The notes under the pieces: model-generated
What the model saw: only the letters and a program-made list of their open reading frames with translations
Databases searched by the model: none
What the model was told of the DNA's origin: nothing
Made by a program: the position numbers and the translations under genes
In this document: positions 1 through 6,928 of the stretch, piece after piece
Numbering within the stretch: the stretch's first letter is position 1
How the letters are laid out: each line of letters starts with the position of its first letter
NCBI GenBank assembly: GCA_046758365.1
Contig: JBHIAC010000079.1
Coordinates: forward strand, 1-15,240
Direction: 5' to 3'
DNA: 15,240 nt
Origin: a bacterium
Lineage (GTDB): Bacteria > Zhuqueibacterota > Zhuqueibacteria > Oceanimicrobiales > Oceanimicrobiaceae

Positions 1-166
1 TTAGAAAAAAGAAGGAGGAAAACTAAAGCCGCTTAAATCATACACAAACTCATCATCCCTAATTCAGAAGCAGATTCACGAATAACTCACATTTGGAAAT
101 AGAAAGGAAATTGAAAGTAGAAATAAAGACAGGAATCGCAATTCTTTCCTCCCACTTACGATTAAC

Positions 167-195
167 TATATATAAAATTTTTCATAATTTGTCAA
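167..195 (-). promoter_or_regulatory. Putative divergent sigma70-type promoter
   Basis: Minus strand: TTGACA (195-190), 17-bp spacer, TATATA (172-167). Downstream are GGGAGG (153-148) and a TTG start at 141. Confidence 0.4.
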
Positions 196-227
196 GTAAA
201 AAAATAACAATAAAATTAAAATTTTTC

Positions 228-256
228 TTGACATTCATGGGGAAATTAATTATTTT
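228..256 (+). promoter_or_regulatory. sigma70-type promoter of mraZ copy 1
   Basis: TTGACA 228-233, 17-bp spacer, TATTTT 251-256. Homologous to the promoter at 1032-1060. Confidence 0.6.
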
Positions 257-290
257 GGGGGAGATTGGGATATAACGGGAAGAAACGGGA
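256..290 (+). promoter_or_regulatory. MraZ-type operator array (four YGGGR boxes, 10-bp period)
   Basis: TGGGG 256-260, TGGGA 266-270, CGGGA 276-280, CGGGA 286-290. This matches the known TGGGN-N5 architecture of MraZ sites upstream of mraZ. Confidence 0.7.
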
Positions 291-330
291 TTTTGAGTTT
301 TTTTTAAGCCTATAAAAATCAATAAATAAT

Positions 331-777
331 ATGGATTACTTTCTCGGCACGTATGACTACACCATTGATGATAATAATCGGCTTAGCATTCCAGCCAAGT
401 TCCGTAAAGTGATGACCAAGCTTGGTAAAACTAATTTTATCGTTTCAAAAGAACAAGAGAATTACTTAACGCTGTATCCATATACTATATGGAATGAAAG
501 AATTGGCGCTAAAATTTTCGAGTTGCCTCATAGTGATAAAAAGGCCAACAGATTGCGACGCTTGATTGGCTTGAATACAACCGAAGTTACATTAGATAAA
601 CAAGGTAGAATCAATATCCCAACAGACTACTACAAACATGCTGGCATCGAAAAGAAAATAAAGATTATTGGCTCGGTAGACACTATACAACTTTGGAACC
701 CAGATAACTATGAAAAAGTTTCCCAAACACCTGAAGAAAAATCTTTAATCGAAGAGTTCGAAGAATTTGGAATATAA
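331..777 (+). CDS. mraZ: Transcriptional regulator MraZ (paralog 1)
   Basis: 148 aa with two SpoVT/AbrB-like repeats (IDDNNRLSIPAKFR and LDKQGRINIP), plus LYP..W and QLW motifs; sits at the head of the dcw cluster. Confidence 0.93.
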   Translation: MDYFLGTYDYTIDDNNRLSIPAKFRKVMTKLGKTNFIVSKEQENYLTLYPYTIWNERIGAKIFELPHSDKKANRLRRLIGLNTTEVTLDKQGRINIPTDYYKHAGIEKKIKIIGSVDTIQLWNPDNYEKVSQTPEEKSLIEEFEEFGI

Positions 778-792
778 ATTAAGAGTCCTGTG

Positions 793-837
793 ATGTTTCA
801 TGAACCTGTGTTAAAAAAGCATGAATATACTGAATGA
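793..837 (+). pseudogene. rsmH: Remnant of duplicated rsmH 5' end (MFHEPVLKKHEYTE*)
   Basis: First 7 codons encode MFHEPVL, identical to the RsmH N-terminus at 1600. The spacer after the mraZ stop is 15 nt in both copies (778-792 and 1585-1599). Stop at 835-837. Confidence 0.8.
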
Positions 838-879
838 TCCTAGTTTGTTAATCTGATACCACAGTTTCAAACTACTTAG

Positions 880-980
880 TGTCCTGTTTAATGAAGTCCT
901 CCCACCAATAACTGTGGTTTTATCGAATGAATGAGCAGCGGGCTGTACAGGTATGTAGAAAGGTACACCAATAGAGGACA
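880..980. other. Possible miniature inserted element or structured RNA segment
   Basis: Ends TGTCCT (880-885) and AGGACA (975-980) are inverted repeats, flanked by direct TTAG (876-879, 981-984). More GC-rich than the neighbouring intergenic DNA. Confidence 0.3.
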
Positions 981-1031
981 TTAGCTGTCAATGCTTCCAT
1001 TAATATTTTCTTCAAAACTTTTAAATTTTAC

Positions 1032-1060
1032 TTGACTTTGATGGGGTAATTGAGTATATT
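1032..1060 (+). promoter_or_regulatory. sigma70-type promoter of mraZ copy 2 and the dcw operon
   Basis: TTGACT 1032-1037, 17-bp spacer, TATATT 1055-1060. Spacer TTGATGGGGTAATT resembles TTCATGGGGAAATT in copy 1. Confidence 0.65.
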
Positions 1061-1070
1061 TTCCCTAATA

Positions 1071-1096
1071 GTGGGGAGTAGTGGTTTAATATGGAA
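1071..1096 (+). promoter_or_regulatory. MraZ-type operator array (RTGG boxes, 10-bp period)
   Basis: GTGGGG 1071-1076, GTGGTT 1081-1086, ATGGAA 1091-1096. ATGGGG at 1041-1046 is in the same phase. Confidence 0.6.
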
Positions 1097-1118
1097 TTAT
1101 ATCCCATGATATAATTCC
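1093..1118. repeat. Perfect 11-bp inverted repeat in the mraZ copy 2 leader
   Basis: GGAATTATATC (1093-1103), CCAT loop, GATATAATTCC (1108-1118). Confidence 0.85.
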
Positions 1119-1137
1119 TATAAAAATATAAAGTAAC

Positions 1138-1584
1138 ATGGATTATTTCATCGGCACATATGAATATTCGCTTGATGATAAAAATCGGCTTAGCATCCCA
1201 TCAAAAATTCGGAAAGTTATTGCCGAATTGTTTCAAAATAAATGTATGCTCACAAAGTTTGAAGATGGTTATTTAACCCTTTATCCTTATGATATATGGC
1301 AAGATAGATTTGGTAATCGTGCTGCAAAACTTCCTCGAAGTAATGACGATGCAAAAAGGTTGCGACGTTTACTTGGAATGAACTCAATGGAAGCCTCACT
1401 TGACACGCAAGGACGCATTGCTGTTCCGACAGAATACTGTCAACATGCTGGAATTAAAAAAAAGGTTCTAATTTTAGGGTGCATGGACGAGGTGCAAATC
1501 TGGAGCCCGAAGCGATACCAGGAAGTCTCCCAATCTCCCGAGGAAAGATCGGCCAAGGAAGAGCTTAAAAAATTTGGATTTTAA
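1138..1584 (+). CDS. mraZ: Transcriptional regulator MraZ (paralog 2)
   Basis: 148 aa with LDDKNRLSIP and LDTQGRIAVP motifs; directly upstream of rsmH; gap-free alignment with paralog 1. Confidence 0.95.
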   Translation: MDYFIGTYEYSLDDKNRLSIPSKIRKVIAELFQNKCMLTKFEDGYLTLYPYDIWQDRFGNRAAKLPRSNDDAKRLRRLLGMNSMEASLDTQGRIAVPTEYCQHAGIKKKVLILGCMDEVQIWSPKRYQEVSQSPEERSAKEELKKFGF

Positions 1585-1599
1585 ATGTGAGTTAAAAAT

Positions 1600-2529
1600 G
1601 TGTTTCATGAACCTGTTTTGACAAATGAGGCCGTTGATTATTTAATAACGAATGAAAATGGCATTTATCTGGATGGCACCATTGGCGGAGGTGGTCATGC
1701 CCAGACCATTCTGGAAAGACTTGGCCCGCAGGGCTTACTCATCGGGCTGGACTTAGATGAAGAGGCTGTTGATTTTGCCACCAAACGACTCAAGCCATTT
1801 AAAAACCAAGTACACATTCAACAAGGAAATTTCAAAGAATTAGATAAAATTTTAATAGGATTAAAAATTGACCGGGTTCATGGAATTTTACTGGATCTGG
1901 GTTTGTCTTCATCTCTAATTGAAAAAGCAGCGCGCGGATTTAGTTATAATTTAAAGGGCCCTTTAGACATGCGTATGAATACAAAACAAAAACTAACGGC
2001 CTATGAAATTATCAATACTTATTCGGAAAGCGAATTAAGTAACCTATTTAAAACTTATGGCGAGGAAAGAAGGTTTAAAACCATTGCACGTGCCATAATA
2101 AAGGAAAGGAAACATTCTCCAATACAGACCACAGAGGACTTAAGGGCGATAGTGAGCAAAGTTCTGCCGTACCAAAATCGGGTTAAATCGGTAGCGAGAA
2201 TTTTCCAGGCCTTGCGCATAGCTGTAAATGAGGAGTTAGAAAATTTGGCCGAAGGTTTGAAAATAAGTTTAGAGTGTTTGTACCCGCTTAGTAGAATGGT
2301 AGTGATATCGTACCATTCCCTGGAAGATCGTTTGGTGAAGGATTTTTTCAAACAGGAATCTGCCCGCTGCGTTTGTGCGCCGGAAGCACCTTTATGTGAT
2401 TGTGGCAAACCAGGTGTATTAAAGGTTTTGACCAAGCGTCCGGTTCGCCCTTCTGAGTCGGAAATTCAAAGAAATCCGAAATGTCGCAGCGCTCGGCTTA
2501 GATCAGCGGAGAGTATTGGTGGAGAGTAG
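1600..2529 (+). CDS. rsmH: 16S rRNA m4C1402 methyltransferase RsmH (MraW)
   Basis: HEPVL, DGTIGGGGH, DLGLSS, GPLDMRM, FQALRIAVNEEL, ISYHSLEDRLVK and RSARLR motifs; GTG start. Confidence 0.97.
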   Translation: MFHEPVLTNEAVDYLITNENGIYLDGTIGGGGHAQTILERLGPQGLLIGLDLDEEAVDFATKRLKPFKNQVHIQQGNFKELDKILIGLKIDRVHGILLDLGLSSSLIEKAARGFSYNLKGPLDMRMNTKQKLTAYEIINTYSESELSNLFKTYGEERRFKTIARAIIKERKHSPIQTTEDLRAIVSKVLPYQNRVKSVARIFQALRIAVNEELENLAEGLKISLECLYPLSRMVVISYHSLEDRLVKDFFKQESARCVCAPEAPLCDCGKPGVLKVLTKRPVRPSESEIQRNPKCRSARLRSAESIGGE

Positions 2530-2573
2530 AGAGTGGAGAGTGGAGAGTGGAGAGTGGAGAGTGGAGAGTGGAG
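2522..2573 (+). repeat. Heptamer tandem repeat (GAGAGTG)n
   Basis: Six perfect copies at 2529-2570, one variant GAGAGTA at 2522-2528 overlapping the rsmH stop, and a trailing partial GAG. Confidence 0.95.
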
Positions 2574-2626
2574 CATTTTTTTAGAATATAACCGTTTCAA
2601 GAAAAAAATGGCACACGGATATAGCT

Positions 2627-2929
2627 ATGCGACGTTCTCGAAGAGTTAGAAAAAATTCAAAAAATCGTTCAAGGTTTTCACTTTTTTCCATTGTTTTACT
2701 CGGTTTTTTCTTGATGATTTTTTATGTTTGGTTAAAAGTGCAAACCAATTTTGTGTCTGCTGAAATCCAACAATTAAAAATGAAACGGAACCGCCTTTTG
2801 GTAGAAAATGAAGAATTGAAAGCTGAGGTTGCCAGGCTATCAAGCTTTAGTAGGATTCGTGAAATTGCTCAAAAAAATCTGTATTTGGTTTTTATACCAA
2901 ACGAAGATATTATTGAAATTGAAAAATGA
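2627..2929 (+). CDS. ftsL: Cell division protein FtsL
   Basis: 100 aa: basic N-tail, one TM helix, leucine-rich coiled coil ending LSSFSRIREIA; lies between rsmH and ftsI. Confidence 0.85.
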   Translation: MRRSRRVRKNSKNRSRFSLFSIVLLGFFLMIFYVWLKVQTNFVSAEIQQLKMKRNRLLVENEELKAEVARLSSFSRIREIAQKNLYLVFIPNEDIIEIEK

Positions 2930-2933
2930 TTAA

Positions 2934-5105
2934 ATGAATAAAGTACTAAGAAATAGACGTTACCATAACCCTCCAGCAAGAAGCATGAGGATTCTTCCTC
3001 ACAAAAACTCAATAAAACATTGGAGAATCCAGTTTGTTCGGTATTTACTTTTTTTAGCCGGAATCATAATATTTCTACGCTTATTTCAAATTCAAATTTT
3101 TGAAAGTGACAAATTTAAAGCCTTAGCAAAGGAACAATACTTGCGCGTAGATTCAGTGAAAGCCACTAGAGGTCTGATTTACGATCGTACTGGCAAAGCA
3201 TTAGCCCTCAACAAACCCTGCTATGATTTGGAATTAGATACAAAAGTGGTCAGCGATACAATGGATGCAGTTAAGAAATTAAGCAAGATTTTAAAACAGA
3301 GTAAAACATCACTCTTAGATAAAATTCGAAAAGGCAGCAGATATGTTGTACTTTCCAGAAGGCTTGAAGAAGATAAAGTGGCGGCCATCAAAAAGATGAA
3401 TATTCCTGGTATAAAATTTATTGAAACCAGCGAAAGGGTTTATCCATTAAATGAAAAACTGGCTCAGGTCCTGGGTTTTGTTGGGGTCGATGGTAAGGGA
3501 TTGAGCGGTATTGAATTAGACTACGACAAATATTTAAAAGGTCGGGATGGTTGGAGTGTTCTGCAAAAAGACGCCAATGGGAAAAATTTAATGCCAATTG
3601 AATCCATCACCCAGGAGCCTAAACCTGGTGATGATGTTATTTTAACCATTGACCACATTTTACAAACCATTGCCGAGGAAGAGTTAACAAAGGCTGTCGC
3701 TCAATATCGGGCCAAAGGAGGCAGTGTGATCATCACCAATCCCAATACTGGCGAAATATTGTCTATGGCTTCTGTGCCAAGCTTTGATGCCAATCATGCT
3801 ACCCAATACAAATCAGCGACTTGGCGGATACGGCCCATTACGGATATTTTTGAACCCGGCTCTACATTTAAGATTGTAACAATGATGGCGGCCTTGGCTT
3901 CAAAGGTAAAAAAAACCAACGATATCTTCTTTTGTGAAAATGGTAAATTTAAGTTCTTTGGTAAAGAAATCAATGATCCCCAAAAATATACTTGGCTTTC
4001 ATTTAAGAATGTATTTAAGTACTCCAGCAACATTGGGACCGTTAAGATTGCGCAGGTGGTAGAAAAAGATCGGCTCTTTAAGGCAGCTAGAGCCCTTGGT
4101 TTTGGCGTTAAAACTGGCATTGGCTTAAGGGGAGAAGTTTCCGGCATTTTGAAAAACCCTACGAGATGGTCAGAATTTTCTTTAGCAGCCATATCGATTG
4201 GGCATGAAGTTGCGGTAACTCCTTTGCAGATGGCTATGGCCTATGGAGCTATCGCTAATGGAGGTATGCTGATGAAACCCGGCATTGTTAAAGAAATTAG
4301 AAGTAAAGAAAATGATTCATTGTTCCAGTTCAAACATCAGATCATTCGCAGGGTGATGCCACGAGAAATCGCCAATATCATGGAAGACATTTTAGAAGAA
4401 GCTGTGACAGACGGCACGGGTGAACAGGCTAAAATATCTGGCTTAAGAATTGCCGGTAAAACCGGTACAGCCCAGAAACCCTTAGAAGACAGGCCTGGTT
4501 ATTCAAATTCTAAGTTTGTGGCTTCATTTGCCGGATTTTTTCCAGCGGATCAGGCTCAAATATTAATCTATTTAACCATTGATGAGCCCTATCCTATCCA
4601 CTCTGGTGGTCACGTAGCCGCCCCAACTTTTCGGAAGATGCTTGAACGCATATTTAAAATTTATGATGAACCACCTGTCCGACATGTCAAGATATCATCC
4701 AATAAAATTCAAATAGCCGAAAAGGTCGAGATACCAGATTTAATAGGGAGACGAAAACAAACCGCCATAAAATTATTGAATGAACTGCAAATCAAATATG
4801 AACTTCTAGGAGAAGGGGAAATAGTACAAAAACAGGAACTGCGATCCGATTTAGATTCAAAGAAAAAATCTGTCTTATTTTTAACATTGTCGGATTATCC
4901 AAATAAAACTAATTATACAATCATGCCTAAGTTAGCCGGCTTTTCGCTGCGTAAGGCCGTGGGCGAGTTAGCTTTAAGAGGATTAACTGTGCAGATATTT
5001 GGCAGTGGGCGAGTGGTGAGACAGGAGCCTAAACCGGGAACTAAAATGAAAGTAGGGGCAAGATGTATGTTAGAATGTGAACCGGTTACCAATATAAAAA
5101 TCTAA
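2934..5105 (+). CDS. ftsI: Class B penicillin-binding protein FtsI with C-terminal PASTA domains
   Basis: N-terminal TM, RGLIYDR, GLSGIE, SxxK (EPGSTFK), SxN (YSSN), KTG (GKTGTAQK). Two PASTA-like repeats (IPDLIG..., MPKLAGFSLR...). Exact start codon uncertain. Confidence 0.93.
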   Translation: MNKVLRNRRYHNPPARSMRILPHKNSIKHWRIQFVRYLLFLAGIIIFLRLFQIQIFESDKFKALAKEQYLRVDSVKATRGLIYDRTGKALALNKPCYDLELDTKVVSDTMDAVKKLSKILKQSKTSLLDKIRKGSRYVVLSRRLEEDKVAAIKKMNIPGIKFIETSERVYPLNEKLAQVLGFVGVDGKGLSGIELDYDKYLKGRDGWSVLQKDANGKNLMPIESITQEPKPGDDVILTIDHILQTIAEEELTKAVAQYRAKGGSVIITNPNTGEILSMASVPSFDANHATQYKSATWRIRPITDIFEPGSTFKIVTMMAALASKVKKTNDIFFCENGKFKFFGKEINDPQKYTWLSFKNVFKYSSNIGTVKIAQVVEKDRLFKAARALGFGVKTGIGLRGEVSGILKNPTRWSEFSLAAISIGHEVAVTPLQMAMAYGAIANGGMLMKPGIVKEIRSKENDSLFQFKHQIIRRVMPREIANIMEDILEEAVTDGTGEQAKISGLRIAGKTGTAQKPLEDRPGYSNSKFVASFAGFFPADQAQILIYLTIDEPYPIHSGGHVAAPTFRKMLERIFKIYDEPPVRHVKISSNKIQIAEKVEIPDLIGRRKQTAIKLLNELQIKYELLGEGEIVQKQELRSDLDSKKKSVLFLTLSDYPNKTNYTIMPKLAGFSLRKAVGELALRGLTVQIFGSGRVVRQEPKPGTKMKVGARCMLECEPVTNIKI

Positions 5106-5140
5106 GCATTATAATAAACCACAAAGACGCAAAGACTTAA

Positions 5141-5404
5141 CTTGCATTATTCCTAACGTAGCACAAGGCAACAAACAAAAATTTTGTTAAAAAAACAAAG
5201 TTTTTCGGGATAATAGAATAAATTGATTCAAGAAAGAGGCGTAATTAAAAACAAAATAATACTTTAAGTTCTTGAGTGAGTTCGGTACTCAGTTTTTAAG
5301 AAGAAAGACAAAATTATGGACGACAAAATAATTAACTTATTAAAAAACAATCATTTTGTCCTAAAATTATTTTGTCTATTACTTCTTTTGATGAATCATT
5401 CAGG
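5141..5404. mobile_element. MITE-like non-autonomous element, copy 1 (264 bp, including 65 bp absent from copy 2)
   Basis: Flanked by TTAA (5137-5140, 5405-5408). Ends CTTGCATTATTC and GAATCATTCAGG are imperfect inverted repeats. Near-identical to 13461-13659. Confidence 0.8.
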
Positions 5405-5466
5405 TTAAATGAATAGTCAATTGAAATTTTTGTGCCCTTTGTTGTGAATCAAAAATTATAGTATAC

Positions 5467-6843
5467 ATGGATTTCACACTTCAAGAATTTCTTGCAATCA
5501 AAAACTATCATTTTGAATACCTTGGTGCGACAGAGAAATTAGATCAAGAAATATCTGGTGTATCTACGGATTCCCGGAAGATTCGACTTAATGAGATCTT
5601 TTTTGCCCTTCGTGGAGATATCTATGATGGCCATCATTTTGTTCGGGATGTATTCAGCAAAAATGCCGCTGCTGCTGTGGTTGAAAAAAGCTGGTGGCAG
5701 CAGGAGCGTACTAAATTTGAAAATCAAAATATATTTGTAGTTGACAATACCATAACAGCCCTGCAAGAGGCAGCCCGTTGCTATCGCAAAAAATTTAATT
5801 GTCCAGTGATTGCAATTACAGGCAGCAATGGTAAAACAACAACAAAAGAAATGGTGGCTGCTGTTCTATCGAAACAGGGACAAATTTGTAAAACCGAGGG
5901 TAATCTCAATAATCACATAGGTGTTCCTTTATCTCTTTTTAGGCTGAATAAGCATCATTGGGCTTCGGTATTAGAATTGGGCACCAATCATTTTGGTGAA
6001 CTCACACGGCTGTGTGAAATTACCGATCCCCAATACGGTTTAATTACCAACATCGGCCGTGGCCATTTAGAATTTTTTGGTGATTTGGCAGGAGTAGCCA
6101 GAGCAAAAATGGAACTTTTTGAATATCTTCATCCAAATGGTATAGTATTTTTAAATATAGATGACCCCTGGATCGTAAAACTTGCTCCCAAGTTTGTAAA
6201 ATGCATTACATACGGCTTCAAGGATGAAGCCAAGGTTTTTGGCGAATTTACCGGGAGCGATGATCTGGGACACCCAAGCTTTAAAGTTCAAGGTAAGTTG
6301 ATTAAAATTAATTTGTTTGGGCAACATCATTTGTACAATGCCTTAGCCGCTGTGACCGTGGGTCTGGAATTTGGTATAAACTTGGATAGCATCAAGTCTG
6401 CTCTGGAGGATATCAAACTGCCTTCCAAGCGTATGGAAGTATTAAGACACAAGGATATTGTCATTTTAAACGACAGCTACAACGCCAATCCCGACTCCAC
6501 AAAAGCCGCTTTGAAGGTTTTATGCCAAATGACCACCCCCGGAAAAAAGATCTTTGTTTTTGGAGATATGTTAGAGCTGGGAAAAGCAGCCCCAGCAGAA
6601 CATGAGAAGATAGGAAAGTCCTTAAAAAATTTCAAAGTAGATGCTTTTTTGGCTTATGGACCTCATTCTGAAGCAGCGGTTCAGGAAGCTCAGAAATTAA
6701 GCAAAAAAATCATAGCACAACATTTTACCAATAAAAATGATTTAATTACTACTCTAAAAGAATTAATTCAAGCGGGAGATATTCTGTTAGTCAAAGGTTC
6801 TCGCGGTATGAAAATGGAAGAAATTATTGAAAAGTTATTTTAA
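5467..6843 (+). CDS. murF: UDP-MurNAc-tripeptide--D-Ala-D-Ala ligase MurF
   Basis: STDSR, DGH, ITGSNGKTTTKEM P-loop, GNLNNHIGVP, ELGTNH, NDSYNANP, GDMLELG and VKGSRGMKME motifs. Confidence 0.95.
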   Translation: MDFTLQEFLAIKNYHFEYLGATEKLDQEISGVSTDSRKIRLNEIFFALRGDIYDGHHFVRDVFSKNAAAAVVEKSWWQQERTKFENQNIFVVDNTITALQEAARCYRKKFNCPVIAITGSNGKTTTKEMVAAVLSKQGQICKTEGNLNNHIGVPLSLFRLNKHHWASVLELGTNHFGELTRLCEITDPQYGLITNIGRGHLEFFGDLAGVARAKMELFEYLHPNGIVFLNIDDPWIVKLAPKFVKCITYGFKDEAKVFGEFTGSDDLGHPSFKVQGKLIKINLFGQHHLYNALAAVTVGLEFGINLDSIKSALEDIKLPSKRMEVLRHKDIVILNDSYNANPDSTKAALKVLCQMTTPGKKIFVFGDMLELGKAAPAEHEKIGKSLKNFKVDAFLAYGPHSEAAVQEAQKLSKKIIAQHFTNKNDLITTLKELIQAGDILLVKGSRGMKMEEIIEKLF

Positions 6844-6928
6844 TGTGATGAACTATTAACATTTTTTGCTTGATATGGAGCTCAATTAGTAGAATTTTTA
6901 TTTCACTAAACTTACGCTAAATAGAAAA

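Noticed and set aside
93..275. 60-aa + strand ORF
   Set aside because: TTG start, no recognisable motif, and it runs through the promoter and operator region of mraZ1; likely spurious.
841..1000. Known riboswitch or ribozyme (hammerhead, HDV-like, c-di-GMP, SRP)
   Set aside because: Only scattered short motif resemblances; the required cores could not be assembled on either strand by eye.
2055..2435. 126-aa antisense ORF within rsmH (likewise 2646-2843, 3794-4192, 5539-5766, 7909-8091, 8699-8881, 8706-9005, 9424-9606, 11475-11750, 12157-12345, 12718-12912, 14681-14971)
   Set aside because: Shadow ORFs on the opposite strand of well-supported conserved genes, with no motifs of their own.
2522..2573. 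Heptamer array as a CRISPR array or canonical MraZ operator
   Set aside because: It has no spacers and no cas genes nearby, and its 7-bp period does not fit the roughly 10-bp MraZ box spacing.
5558..5740. Short same-strand alternative-frame ORFs (also 8313-8498, 9948-10202)
   Set aside because: Nested in murF, ftsW and murG; short and featureless.
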